Assembly (NCBI GenBank): GCA_016206925.1
Contig: JACQQS010000028.1
Location: forward strand, 1 to 62,514
Direction of reading: 5' to 3'
DNA length: 62,514 nucleotides
Source: Candidatus Omnitrophota bacterium
GTDB taxonomy: Bacteria > Omnitrophota > Omnitrophia > Omnitrophales > JACQQS01
Below the pieces are notes generated by a model, which was not told the DNA's origin, did no database searches, and was given only the letters and a program-made list of their open reading frames with translations. Positions 1 through 9,760 of this stretch are shown here, one piece after another. The first letter of the stretch is position 1, and every line of letters starts with the position of its first letter. The position numbers were made by a program, and so were the translations under genes.

Positions 1-157
1 CCCTCTGTCTCTCTTTAACTTCGGCCAATTCGTTAAAAAAATTTCCTGCTTTGAGATTTTTACTTTCTCTTTTCTCTCTTTAGGTAAGGTGCCGTCGCCT
101 AAGAAAAACTTTAAAGATCGTTCACTCTTGGGGAATTTCTGCCCACCCTCACAAAAC

Positions 158-187
158 TTGCCGTAGCCATATGCACCGTGGTACTAT
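158..187 (+). promoter_or_regulatory. sigma70-like promoter of the 35-aa ORF
   Basis: TTGCCG(158-163)-18 bp-TACTAT(182-187) with extended TGn; AAGGAG RBS at 228-233. Confidence 0.5.
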
Positions 188-239
188 ACCTACTAGCATT
201 GATAATTAGTCCCGGTCAGTCTCCGGAAAGGAGTTAATC

Positions 240-347
240 ATGGCAGAATACGCGATAATTTTTGTTATGGTAATGAGCATAGCTGTGGGACTCATGTTCT
301 TAGTCGACCGCCTTCTTGAAAAGCATCGTAAGAAACACCCCCGTTAA
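240..347 (+). CDS. 35-aa single-TM peptide with basic tail (not in ORF track)
   Basis: [35 protein letters not shown]; strong RBS and promoter upstream. Confidence 0.6.
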   Translation: MAEYAIIFVMVMSIAVGLMFLVDRLLEKHRKKHPR

Positions 348-880
348 GCTTTCTTAACCGCACCTCTTTCGCCAATTACTTTTGCGGGAACACCGCCAAC
401 CACCGAGTTTGCCGGAACATCCTTCGTTACCACAGCTCCGGCCGCGACGATCACATCATCGCTGATTTTTACGCCGGGCAAAATGACGACATGCGCGCCC
501 AGCCAGACATTATTTCCGATGATGATATCTTTTTCTTCAACCGGCTGATCGATCATCGGCGTGCTCCCGACATCATGCCCGTGATTGGAAGAAAAAATCC
601 CGACACTCGGCCCCATAAGACCGTTATCACCGATGACAATTTTCGAACGTTCGCTTGCCCAGAGACAGCAAAACCGGTTAATGTGGCAATTTTTACCGAT
701 GGAAACATTCTCCGGCACGTTAAAACAGGCTGTGGGCTCAATGACCGTCCCCTTCCCCAAATACCTTAGTCGCGGCACGGCAGAAATATTGTCGAGCCAT
801 AAACGGTTCAGCAAATAAGACAAATATCGCCATGTCTTCGGCGACAAGATAATTTTCAAGAAATTAATAATCCGTCTCAC
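344..880 (-). CDS. hexapeptide-repeat (LbH) sugar O-acyltransferase
   Basis: [29 protein letters not shown]...GVPAKVIG motifs. Confidence 0.9.
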   Translation of the reverse strand: MRRIINFLKIILSPKTWRYLSYLLNRLWLDNISAVPRLRYLGKGTVIEPTACFNVPENVSIGKNCHINRFCCLWASERSKIVIGDNGLMGPSVGIFSSNHGHDVGSTPMIDQPVEEKDIIIGNNVWLGAHVVILPGVKISDDVIVAAGAVVTKDVPANSVVGGVPAKVIGERGAVKKA

Positions 881-2145
881 ACACGAACCCTTTTTGTCTG
901 CAGAAGTTCTTTGTAAATGCCGGCCGTATTTTCCGCCATTCTCTCCTCATTAAAAATCTCTGCCAGCCGCGCGCGGCCCTGCGATCCCATCTCCCGGCGC
1001 CGCTCGGTTGAAGCCATCAGCTTTTCGATCAACTCGGCGCATGCACAAAAATCTCCGGACGGAAAAAGGTAACCGGAGATTCCGTCAAGTATCTGCTCGA
1101 CGTTGCCGCCCACCCGCGCGGCCACAATGGGAAGCGAAGCGGCCATCGCTTCGAGAATGGCGTTCGATAAACCTTCCGTTTTCGATGTAAATACAAAAAT
1201 ATCCATCGCGCCCAAGAAATCCTCTGTACGCTCAACCTCACCTGTGAAACGAACCTGGTCTTTTAAACCATGTTCATGAATCCAGCCGTCCATGTCTGCT
1301 TTAAGTTTTTCATCCTTAACGCGCCCCCCGTACACCAAAAGCGCATCCGGATGGCGCAGCGCGATCACTTCAAAAGCGCGAAGAAACGTCATGGGATCCT
1401 TCTCCGTACGGATATTTCCGAGCGTTCCAACAATCATTGCATTTTCCGGAAAATTCAACCGTTTCCGCAAAACGCCCTTCGGCTCGGCAGACAAAAATTC
1501 ATCGGGCCTGATGCCATTATGAACAATTCTCAACCTCTGTGGATTTAAAGCTTCTCTTTTGATCGCTTCGTCGCGAACCGCGTTTGAATTGGCCAGGACA
1601 AGATCCACAAATCTACTGGCAAACCGGCACATTCCAATCTGTCTTGCGCTCATCCAATCGCCCAGATCGCGCCGCGAAGCAATGACGGCGGGAATCTTCA
1701 AAAGCCGCGCGGCAATCGGCGAAAAGAAATTAGCGGTAAAAAGATATGAATGAACAATGTCCGGCTTAAACCTATTCATTTCATTTAAAAGCTTCGCGAA
1801 TCCGCCGATGCCACCTAAGCTATTCCAATTTGAAATGCCGATAATCCGGTAAGGAACATTCAGGCTGCGCAATTCCTCTTCGAGGGGGCCGCCGCACTCA
1901 AGCGCTATGATTTGGATATCAAACTTCTGCCGCGGCAGTGAACGCACGAGCTGGAGAAGATGCTTTTGCGATCCTGCACGCGTAAGTTTATCGATTACAT
2001 AAAGCAAACGAATGGGCGTAACGGGAAACGAGTAACGGGTAACGGGAGATGGGAAACGCGTATTTTCTTGTTCCCCGACACACCCCGTCCCTTGCTTTCT
2101 GCCTTTACCCTGTACCGCTGGAACTTGCGCTAAGTCCTGCCTCAT
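877..2145 (-). CDS. GT4 glycosyltransferase (N-terminus partly encoded by heptamer repeats; true start uncertain)
   Basis: [26 protein letters not shown] (EX7E). Confidence 0.9.
   Translation of the reverse strand: MRQDLAQVPAVQGKGRKQGTGCVGEQENTRFPSPVTRYSFPVTPIRLLYVIDKLTRAGSQKHLLQLVRSLPRQKFDIQIIALECGGPLEEELRSLNVPYRIIGISNWNSLGGIGGFAKLLNEMNRFKPDIVHSYLFTANFFSPIAARLLKIPAVIASRRDLGDWMSARQIGMCRFASRFVDLVLANSNAVRDEAIKREALNPQRLRIVHNGIRPDEFLSAEPKGVLRKRLNFPENAMIVGTLGNIRTEKDPMTFLRAFEVIALRHPDALLVYGGRVKDEKLKADMDGWIHEHGLKDQVRFTGEVERTEDFLGAMDIFVFTSKTEGLSNAILEAMAASLPIVAARVGGNVEQILDGISGYLFPSGDFCACAELIEKLMASTERRREMGSQGRARLAEIFNEERMAENTAGIYKELLQTKRVRV
2018..2059. repeat. degenerate heptamer tandem array (GTAACGG-like)
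   Basis: GTAACGG GAAACGA GTAACGG GTAACGG GAGATGG GAAACGC. Confidence 0.75.
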
Positions 2146-2198
2146 GGTATTATTCCGTGGTTACCTCTCAAATCATTAACTCTTGATAGAGCAGCTAC

Positions 2199-2447
2199 AT
2201 GAACATCCAAACGCAAAAAATAGAAGACATTCGTAAAAGGTACGACCATGAGTGGTTGCTCATCGCTGTAGATCAAATGAATGAAGCAACATCAACTCCT
2301 CTAACCGGACGTCTCCTTGCCCACAACCCGGATCCTCTGGAAATCCATAAGGTTGCCATGCGGCATGATGGATTTTTGGCAACGATTTATTCCAATGACT
2401 GGCCGGAAGATTTAGCTGCCTGTTTTTATGACCAAATTTCCACTTGA
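2199..2447 (+). CDS. small protein, DUF5678-like partner of aspartyl protease
   Basis: 82 aa, IRKRYDHEWLLIAV...GRLLAH; overlaps the protease start. Confidence 0.7.
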   Translation: MNIQTQKIEDIRKRYDHEWLLIAVDQMNEATSTPLTGRLLAHNPDPLEIHKVAMRHDGFLATIYSNDWPEDLAACFYDQIST

Positions 2448-2829
2448 CCTGGCTTCGCAGGTCATTTTGGTAAACGTGACTCTTACAGGGCCTGTTCGTT
2501 TGCACAATATCTATCTCATCCTCGATACCGGTGCAACGTTCACAATGATCTCTCCCGAAATTCTCCTGAGAATAGGTCTCGATCCGACGAAAAGCGAGAA
2601 ACGCCGCACGATATGCACAGCAAGCGGGATCGAATACGTCCCCTTTCTCACAGTTCCTTCCATTAAAGCGATAGGCGCCGAGCGGAAAAATATCGAAGTT
2701 TGTGCCCATACACTCCCGCCCAACATTCCGGCTCGAGGACTTCTCGGTCTCAATTTTCTCCGCCATTTCAATATCCCTCTCAATTTCTTGGACAATCATA
2801 TTGGTACTACATGCAAGGAAATTAACTAA
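2428..2829 (+). CDS. retropepsin-like (clan AA) aspartyl protease
   Basis: ILDTGAT catalytic motif and GLLGLNFL. Confidence 0.85.
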   Translation: MTKFPLDLASQVILVNVTLTGPVRLHNIYLILDTGATFTMISPEILLRIGLDPTKSEKRRTICTASGIEYVPFLTVPSIKAIGAERKNIEVCAHTLPPNIPARGLLGLNFLRHFNIPLNFLDNHIGTTCKEIN

Positions 2830-2896
2830 CGACCCGCGCTCTCAGCATGGCCGTCCTCTGCTTGACCGATACCTGCCTCTATCTACTTGCCGTTCG

Positions 2897-4213
2897 TTAG
2901 ACGCTGTCTTTTGCTCTCCGCTTCCTGCTTGTTACCTGTTTCTTGTTGCTTGCTACCGTCTCAAACACCCCTTCCACCGCACACGCAAACATCGCTTTTG
3001 AAAATTTCCCCCGCGGGTTCACCGAGATTTTCTCGTGAATGGCCCGCCGGCAAATCCGGAGCGGATCGAAATTCCCGCTATTCTCGCCGGGAACCGTCGA
3101 AAAAGCGAACTCGTAACCGGCACTGCGCACCGCCTCGATCATCCAATCTTCGATCTGCCCGCCGGGAAACGCAAAATGTTTAACGGCGCCGCCCAGTCTT
3201 TTATCAATGATTCTTTTGGATTCAACAATTTCTTCAAGCGCTTTCTCCCTGGAAACTTTTGTCAAAAGAACATGGTTCGCACCGTGAGATCCGATGGTTA
3301 CGCCCGAATCTGAAAGTTCCTTCGCTTCTTCCCAGGAAAGCGTCATCCGCACATCCTCGCCGTTATTGTCGTAGGCCGGGCATCCTGCCCGGCAGTCTCC
3401 GGGGCGGGACGCCGCTTGGCTAAGCGGCGGTCGGCCGCTTGGTCCGGCGGTGCCACGCGGTCGGCGCGGCGCCCCGGCTACGTTGGACACAATCGGGTGA
3501 CGTCTTGTTTCACCATTGAGCTGATTTTTCAAAATGGTTAGAATGTTTTTCTGCTCCGCATCCGTTACTCGGTTGCAAACCGCTTCCAATTCTACAAGCG
3601 CTGCGACTTTAGCAACTGGCGAGGCCATATCAAAAATTGCGCGTTGGGGCAGGCCGTCCGGTTCCTTCCAAGAAAGTTCAACATGCGGTTTATTCGATTG
3701 ATGAACCAGCCGCTCCAGCTCGTCCCACCAAAAAACTTTCTCTTTTCCAATAAGCCCGGTGCTCACAAATACCGCCGCCGGTATTTTGAATTTCTTGAGT
3801 ATTGGAAGCGCTTCCGTGTAATTGTCCAAATACCCATCATCAAACGTGACAGCCAAAGTCGTAGATTGCTTCGCCTCCTTCGGAGGCTCGCAATGACAGT
3901 CGCCCGTCATTGCGAGGAGGCTGCCTTTGGCAGCCGACGAAGCAACCCCACCACCACAAAGTGGTGGTGGGGCAATCTCAGCACAGGCAATAACGCTGTA
4001 ATTCCGCTTCACATACTCCATCTGTTTTTCAAACACCCGCGGTGAAACCGAAAGATGAAAGGGATCCGTCAAAGCGCCGCTGTTTACTTTGTGGTAACGA
4101 AGCACGATTAAACGGCTTCCCTCCGCGCGCCTCGTTTTCCACCAACGGAAAAAAGCAAGTGCGCCGCCATAGTAAACAATCACCGCCAAAATCCACCTAA
4201 CATACCGTTTCAT
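2897..4213 (-). CDS. polysaccharide deacetylase (NodB/CE4) with two in-frame palindromic insertions
   Basis: YHKV, TFDDGY, GSHGANH, FAFPGG motifs. Confidence 0.9.
   Translation of the reverse strand: MKRYVRWILAVIVYYGGALAFFRWWKTRRAEGSRLIVLRYHKVNSGALTDPFHLSVSPRVFEKQMEYVKRNYSVIACAEIAPPPLCGGGVASSAAKGSLLAMTGDCHCEPPKEAKQSTTLAVTFDDGYLDNYTEALPILKKFKIPAAVFVSTGLIGKEKVFWWDELERLVHQSNKPHVELSWKEPDGLPQRAIFDMASPVAKVAALVELEAVCNRVTDAEQKNILTILKNQLNGETRRHPIVSNVAGAPRRPRGTAGPSGRPPLSQAASRPGDCRAGCPAYDNNGEDVRMTLSWEEAKELSDSGVTIGSHGANHVLLTKVSREKALEEIVESKRIIDKRLGGAVKHFAFPGGQIEDWMIEAVRSAGYEFAFSTVPGENSGNFDPLRICRRAIHEKISVNPRGKFSKAMFACAVEGVFETVASNKKQVTSRKRRAKDSV
2921..2955. repeat. degenerate heptamer tandem array (CTTGTTA-like)
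   Basis: CTTCCTG CTTGTTA CCTGTTT CTTGTTG CTTGCTA; roughly inverse of the 2018-2059 array. Confidence 0.65.
3371..3481. repeat. GTAG-type REP pair carrying a nested 60-bp unit (3412-3471), in-frame in CDS
   Basis: GTAGGCCGGGCATCCTGCCCGGC...GGGGCGGGACG[60 bp]CCCCGGCTAC; 111 bp. Confidence 0.85.
3863..3979. repeat. GTCATTGCGAG/AAGCAATC-type palindromic element, in-frame in CDS
   Basis: AGATTGCTTCG..CTCGCAATGAC + GTCATTGCGAG..GACGAAGCAA + CCCCACCACCAC-AAA-GTGGTGGTGGGG hairpin; 117 bp. Confidence 0.85.
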
Positions 4214-4271
4214 AAACAGTTTTAACCTTTACAGGGTTGCATTTGATCCAAATTTCCAAATTTCCGGTCAT

Positions 4272-4308
4272 TTGACACACATACAAACCTTGTATATACT
4301 TCATACAA
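4272..4308 (+). promoter_or_regulatory. sigma70 promoter with RHH operator-like inverted repeat
   Basis: TTGACA-17-TATACT; ATACAA-acc-TTGTAT in the spacer; third ATACAA at 4303. Confidence 0.75.
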
Positions 4309-4328
4309 GACCGAAAGGAGAATTTCCA

Positions 4329-4577
4329 ATGCGAACTGTAACCGTTAACATTTCTTTTCCGCAACGTCTTTTGAAAGCTGTGGATCGGACGGCAAAAAAG
4401 GAAGACCGCACGCGCTCCGAGTTGCTACGCCAAGCATGCCGCATGTACCTAGAAAACAAGGACCGGCTTACGAATGCCATGAATACCCTACGGGCAGAAG
4501 CCCGCAAGGCGGGATATAAACCCGAAGATGTAGAATCTTGGATTGCTGAGGTTCGAAAGAGTCGAAGAGCTGCATGA
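4329..4577 (+). CDS. CopG/RHH antitoxin
   Basis: MRTVTVNISFPQRLLKAVDRTAKKEDRTRSELLRQA; AAGGAG RBS. Confidence 0.85.
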   Translation: MRTVTVNISFPQRLLKAVDRTAKKEDRTRSELLRQACRMYLENKDRLTNAMNTLRAEARKAGYKPEDVESWIAEVRKSRRAA

Positions 4578-4762
4578 CAGCTCCACACGAAATCACTAAC
4601 GTTATTACTCAAAATCCCGATGACGACAGGGTGCTCGAATGTGCTGTCACCGGAAAAGCGCACTTCATTATTTCCGGAGACAAACATCTGCTCAATCTCA
4701 AAGCATTCCGTGATATTCAAATTATTTCTCCGAAAGATTTTCTCCTCAAGCATTCGTTCTAA
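4574..4762 (+). pseudogene. PIN-domain toxin, C-terminal half only
   Basis: NPDDDRVLECAVTGKAHFIISGDKHLL present; N-terminal LDTNV strand absent. Confidence 0.75.
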
Positions 4763-4784
4763 GTAACCGTGCATAGGTTTTAGA

Positions 4785-4840
4785 GTCATTCCCGCCGCGC
4801 CGACCGCCGCTCGGCCAAGCGGTGCCGCTCGTTTAAGCCG
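4785..4840. repeat. variant of the 60-bp unit joined to a GTCATTCCCGC REP end
   Basis: reverse complement ends CGGTCGGCGCGGCGGGAATGAC, identical to 55749-55770. Confidence 0.75.
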
Positions 4841-4961
4841 AGTTTTTTGAGGTCGGTTTGCCGCTCTTCAGGAATACTGGGAACTATATCCAGAATTTTG
4901 TCACCCATATGTTCCTCAACAACTTATCGCTTCGTAAATTGGATATCAACGCTGCTCTGAA

Positions 4962-5270
4962 TTAATTTTCCGAATCGGTCAGGCGTGCGGAACTTAAAAG
5001 ATCTTCCAAGTCAAGATTAAGGTAAGCACCGCAGCTCTTAAGAAGGTCGAAAAATTCCCACGGATTTAGATTCAAACGCAGACACGCTGAGCTCATTGTG
5101 ATTTCTTTGGCGGCGTAGAGTTTTAAAACGGACTCCCGCTTCGCACCCTCGAGCCCGCGCCGTATCACCTCCCTAAGGAAAGCGGCTTTGTCCAGATGTT
5201 GCTCTTGGGCAAACCGATCTACTTCATGCAGCAATTTCTTGTCGACCCGGATATTAAGTGGTATAAGCAT
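4962..5270 (-). CDS. UPF0175-like antitoxin (RHH + HTH)
   Basis: LNIRVDKKLL...LYAAKEITMSSACLRLNLNPWEFFDLL. Confidence 0.75.
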   Translation of the reverse strand: MLIPLNIRVDKKLLHEVDRFAQEQHLDKAAFLREVIRRGLEGAKRESVLKLYAAKEITMSSACLRLNLNPWEFFDLLKSCGAYLNLDLEDLLSSARLTDSEN

Positions 5271-5273
5271 AAT

Positions 5274-5798
5274 TTACTTCCTCTCCCTTTCAGCAGCTGC
5301 TTGCAGCATAATCAAAGCATCTGCAATGATGTTCGGTACATATCTGCCGATGATACTCAGTTTCTCGATGGCTTGTTTTGCACGCTCGAACGAAATTTTA
5401 CCTAGCTTAAAAAGATCTACAGCCACAACAGGCGAAATAATAAAAGGCACCCTTAAATATCTAGCCGCTCGAACGGCATCCCCATCATCCGTTAACAAAA
5501 TACTTCCCGGTAACTCCATGCATAATTCAATGGCCTCTTTCTCGCCAGGACCAAGCTTATGTAAGTAATCAATCTTCTTAACGGATTGAACTTTTTTTAT
5601 CTCGATTACCTTGTCTTGGGCCCATTGTTGAATGGCAAGGGCGTCGGGAAAATGTCTCAATGAATAGTCGCTAACGCACTCCCGATAGACATGCTCAGGA
5701 ACAACAACCTTAAACGCATCGGTCAGAGGGCTCGCCAATCCGGCTTTTGACAGCAATATAAGCGAGCTCGCATCACAAACTATCATTTTTAACGCCAT
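5274..5798 (-). CDS. PIN-domain (DUF3368-like) toxin
   Basis: IVCDASSLI, VYRE, LGPGEKEAI, LLTDD. Confidence 0.8.
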   Translation of the reverse strand: MALKMIVCDASSLILLSKAGLASPLTDAFKVVVPEHVYRECVSDYSLRHFPDALAIQQWAQDKVIEIKKVQSVKKIDYLHKLGPGEKEAIELCMELPGSILLTDDGDAVRAARYLRVPFIISPVVAVDLFKLGKISFERAKQAIEKLSIIGRYVPNIIADALIMLQAAAERERK

Positions 5799-5845
5799 GC
5801 CAAAAACTTTCGGTTGTATAATAATGTATACATTGTTACACGCTA

Positions 5846-5874
5846 AGTATACCTGCCCACAACATTGAAATCAA
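5846..5874 (-). promoter_or_regulatory. sigma70 promoter of the PIN/UPF0175 pair
   Basis: minus strand TTGATT-17-TATACT; AATGTATACATT palindrome just downstream. Confidence 0.55.
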
Positions 5875-5953
5875 GATGGCCTTCGAGATACCGATGCCAA
5901 GCGCCATCAAGTCGTCATGGTTCTAATCGTAACCACATGCATTACATAGTGAT

Positions 5954-7492
5954 TCATGATTTTGGACCAGCTCCATCAAACCAACAGCCGTCCAGCTTGT
6001 ATCTGCGATCGAGAACCGGTCTTTGAATCGCACCGGCCGCGCCCGCAGGAATATTCTGCGGCACTCCCAAGCGCCTTTCTCTCTCATCGATAATCCTCAA
6101 GCGTACAATCATCGCAGCAAGAATCCAGAAGTAACTAAACACTTCCTGCGAATCCAAGCGCGATCCGAACATATTGTTCATTAAGAGCGCAAAAAGACCG
6201 CCGAGAAAACCCAGCGCGAGCGCTTTTGAGTACGGGTCATGCGTGGATTTATAAAGCGCGTATGTATTCCAAAACACCAAACCGATCAGCCAAAGAAAAA
6301 TAATAAGAGCGGGAATTCCCATCTCCGCGGCAATAATTAAATAAGTGTTGTGCGCATCGATGGGGCGCTCACCCGACCAATAATACTTAATCATGGGCTG
6401 GAAAAGATCATAGCCGACTCCAAAAAAGGGGTAATCCGCAACCATCTTCAGACCGCCCTTCCAAACTTCCACGCGGGATCGCGAACTGGTCTCAAGTGAA
6501 CCCTCGATGTCAGAGGTGGTTTCCACATACGAAACGGGTTGCTCCAGCGTCTGACCCATTCGATAGCGTATGCCCGCCGGAAGGAGAATCGGATTTAAAG
6601 CCGCAAGCCACGTAAAAAACAAAAGGAAAGCAAAATAAAGTTTACTTCTAAAAAAAGTGATGGCGTACATCCCTAACGCAAACGCCAGATAGCCCCCGCG
6701 GGAAAATGTCACCATAATGCCGCGAAAGCAAATCAAGAAAGGAATGAGAAGCAGCCAATATTTAAATTTTCTCATGTTCATCAAGAGAAATCCGAGGGGT
6801 AGAAACATGTAGTAGTTAAAGAAAGCCGCAAGCATATTCGGCTGATCGACGATTCCCCCTACCCTGGCTTTCTCCAAGCTGCTGACATTTCCAATTTCGA
6901 TGTAATCATAAATGGCCATCAGACCGACCAATGTCGTGACAAAAATAATGACGTTCACTATTTGTTTGATGGTCTGTTTATCTTTCACGGTATTCAAAAT
7001 CAGAAAGAAAAGAATAAACGGCGTAATCCAGCGTTTGTACTGAATGACACCGATCCACAAACGGCCGGATCCATAATACGAACCTCTGAGCACGGCGATA
7101 AAACCAATGAGTAAAAAGAGAATCAAGGGCGGATTGATAGAATTTTTTATCCAAATCGGTTCGTCCACCGCGTAGCGCCCCGTCATCCACACCAAAATCA
7201 CGAAAATCAAAAGAATGTTTGTGAGATTGAAAGCCGTTGCCAGACCTCCAAAATCACCGGCCAGCTCGCTTGAGAACGGTAAATAGGCAACCAACACATA
7301 AGTCACCATCTCAGGGTGGGAAATTCCCCGAAGAAACAAAACAATTCCGCCGGCCGCGATGCCGATGGCCATAATCCAGGTCGGAATGTAAACTTCTTTC
7401 GTAATGATGTAGCCCAGAGTTGTTGCGATAATAATCGAGAATATAAATGCTCCAGCGCCCTGTTTGGGCTGAGCTTCGGCCTGCGTGGTCAT
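5954..7492 (-). CDS. O-antigen ligase/Wzy-like polymerase
   Basis: multi-TM; PNMLA, TFSRGG, PFFGVG, AHNTYL..AEMG. Confidence 0.85.
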   Translation of the reverse strand: MTTQAEAQPKQGAGAFIFSIIIATTLGYIITKEVYIPTWIMAIGIAAGGIVLFLRGISHPEMVTYVLVAYLPFSSELAGDFGGLATAFNLTNILLIFVILVWMTGRYAVDEPIWIKNSINPPLILFLLIGFIAVLRGSYYGSGRLWIGVIQYKRWITPFILFFLILNTVKDKQTIKQIVNVIIFVTTLVGLMAIYDYIEIGNVSSLEKARVGGIVDQPNMLAAFFNYYMFLPLGFLLMNMRKFKYWLLLIPFLICFRGIMVTFSRGGYLAFALGMYAITFFRSKLYFAFLLFFTWLAALNPILLPAGIRYRMGQTLEQPVSYVETTSDIEGSLETSSRSRVEVWKGGLKMVADYPFFGVGYDLFQPMIKYYWSGERPIDAHNTYLIIAAEMGIPALIIFLWLIGLVFWNTYALYKSTHDPYSKALALGFLGGLFALLMNNMFGSRLDSQEVFSYFWILAAMIVRLRIIDERERRLGVPQNIPAGAAGAIQRPVLDRRYKLDGCWFDGAGPKS

Positions 7493-8718
7493 GCGCTCAC
7501 ACTTCTGCCCGCCAGTGAGGCAAATAAATTTTCATACTGACTTATAGTCTTACCCCAGGAATAGTTCTCAAGTACAAATTTTCGGCCGAGCACCCCCATA
7601 CCTTTTCTCAACAGCCGATTTTCCAGAACGCGCGTAAGCTCACTCATGAATTCGTCCTTACCGGATGCAATGGCAACTGCATCCGAAGGCACATGATCGA
7701 TTCCTTTCACAGCAAGCGGGGTGGCGATCACCGGTAATTCCATGGCCAAAGCTTCCAGAATCTTATTCTTGATTCCACTACCCATTCTCATTGGGCAGAC
7801 AAAGGCCAAAGCGCCTGCCAGATAAGGCCGGATATCCGAAACCTTTCCGGTCACCAGAATGTTTGGATCTTCGCCGAGCTCTAAGACTTCTTCGGCCGGA
7901 TCGGCTCCGGCTATTACGAATTTAATTTCCGGCATTTTTACTTTTAATAAGGGAAAAATAGATTTTGCAAAATACGCCGCGGCATCTTGATTCGGCCTGA
8001 AACTCATATGCCCCGTAAAAACAACATACGGCTGGCTTACCTTGAACGGCTCTACGATCGCAGGATTAAAATAATCCGTATCTACCCCGTTCGGAATCAC
8101 TCGAATCTTACCGTTCTGCCCCTCATACAATCCGGCATCGTCTCTCGCTACAAAAATAGTCGCGTTTGCTTTATCCGCCATATCTTTTTCGAACCGGGTC
8201 TCCCTCATTAACCGCCAGGCCAGCTTAAACCGCTTTTCCCAATTTCCCGCAAGCCTCATCTGCCGTTTTGTCTGTAAAATCATCGAATCCCCGATATCCT
8301 GAATCCAAGGAATAACACCGGAGAGAAACGCGCCGTACTGTGCCACTTCATTATCCAATGTAATCACCAGTTCAATGCGCCACTCCGCCACGATAGTTCG
8401 TAATGCTGATTTGATTCCATCAACTCTTTTCGGAAACTTTGACTCCAAATCAAACCAGGGCTTAAACCGAACGGCTGTTTTAAGCCTGTCCAAGAGAGCG
8501 GGGCAAGACAACTCATTCAACGCTTTGATCCCGGAAAAAGTTTTCCGAGCCCACTTTTCGATTTCTTTCGCCGCGTCTTCATCCGGGCTTCGGGAAGAAG
8601 CGGTCAGGAGATAAATCTTGTTGTCTTTCGCCAGCCTCCCATAAATATTTTTCAAGCGGACGGTCTTACCCGAAAATGGAAACGAAGGAGGCGCGCTATC
8701 GATTAATAGAATATTCAC
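7489..8718 (-). CDS. GT4 glycosyltransferase (PEP-CTERM-locus sugar transferase type)
   Basis: IPNGVD, FTGHMSFRPN, GSGIKNKILEALAM. Confidence 0.9.
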   Translation of the reverse strand: MNILLIDSAPPSFPFSGKTVRLKNIYGRLAKDNKIYLLTASSRSPDEDAAKEIEKWARKTFSGIKALNELSCPALLDRLKTAVRFKPWFDLESKFPKRVDGIKSALRTIVAEWRIELVITLDNEVAQYGAFLSGVIPWIQDIGDSMILQTKRQMRLAGNWEKRFKLAWRLMRETRFEKDMADKANATIFVARDDAGLYEGQNGKIRVIPNGVDTDYFNPAIVEPFKVSQPYVVFTGHMSFRPNQDAAAYFAKSIFPLLKVKMPEIKFVIAGADPAEEVLELGEDPNILVTGKVSDIRPYLAGALAFVCPMRMGSGIKNKILEALAMELPVIATPLAVKGIDHVPSDAVAIASGKDEFMSELTRVLENRLLRKGMGVLGRKFVLENYSWGKTISQYENLFASLAGRSVSA

Positions 8719-9760
8719 GCACCACTCCTGAGTCCCCGTACGGGATTAAATTCCCTTCGCCAAATTTCGGAATACCAGAATGCGCCCGAGCAAATACTCT
8801 GTCTTGCAAATAGTAAATACAACTCATCAAAACACCCCAAATCCCTCCGACAATCCCGGCGCAAGCCGCCGGCAGATATTTGAAGCTTTCATGATTAACC
8901 CGGGGCGACTTAAGGCTTCCGCCAAAAACTCGTCTGAAACAAGTAAGTAAAGGCTTGCTTAAACCTATTTTGACCATGGTCTTTCGAAATAATCCAAAAT
9001 GCTTTGCGTAAAGCCACACCGTGTTTCTCCAAACATAAAACTCAGACCTTAGGTTGAATTCCGACCTAGGTATATCAGGACGTTCCTCTGCGCGGTGGCA
9101 AACCACAGCCTTCGGTTCGAAAATTACCTTAAAGCCCATTCTCCTCACCCAGAGGCATATATCGTCTTCAACGCGGCAATTTTGCCCTCTAAATCTATGA
9201 TCAAAATAATTCATTTGTTCGAGCAAATTTCGTCTCACCGACATATTGCAACCCCGCAAAATATCCACTTCACGGCTCAGCTCAGGATCTAAATAAAGGT
9301 TACTCATAATGTCTCCGCTCGAAGAAAGAAGACCAATGGGCGCACCATCTTCTTTCTTATCAACTCTTTTATTATCCCAATTTTTTGGCAGCACTCTTCC
9401 TCCAACAGCTCCAATCTTTTGGTCGTTGTATAAAGTTTCTATGCGCTCAAGCCAAGCTGGGAAAACTATGGAGTCGTCATCAAGCATCGCAATAATTTTT
9501 CCTCGACACTGGCGCGCACCGAAAGAATACGATTGCGGTCTTGTTCCAAGAGGAAGCGAGATGCGAAAATATCGAGCCCAAGAAAACTTGCTCATGATAT
9601 TCTCCGTGTCCCTGGCCGGAGAAGAATCCACCACAACAACCTCATGTCTATTAAAATCCAATTGAGGATGGAGCGCTTCCAGACATTCACCGACCACGTA
9701 GTGCCGATCGCGTGTAATGATTAAAATGGAAATATTAACGTTTGTTTCAGCCACTGTCAT
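8696..9760 (-). CDS. GT2 glycosyltransferase
   Basis: ISILIIT, LDDD, GCNMS, EDD. Confidence 0.85.
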   Translation of the reverse strand: MTVAETNVNISILIITRDRHYVVGECLEALHPQLDFNRHEVVVVDSSPARDTENIMSKFSWARYFRISLPLGTRPQSYSFGARQCRGKIIAMLDDDSIVFPAWLERIETLYNDQKIGAVGGRVLPKNWDNKRVDKKEDGAPIGLLSSSGDIMSNLYLDPELSREVDILRGCNMSVRRNLLEQMNYFDHRFRGQNCRVEDDICLWVRRMGFKVIFEPKAVVCHRAEERPDIPRSEFNLRSEFYVWRNTVWLYAKHFGLFRKTMVKIGLSKPLLTCFRRVFGGSLKSPRVNHESFKYLPAACAGIVGGIWGVLMSCIYYLQDRVFARAHSGIPKFGEGNLIPYGDSGVVREYSINR

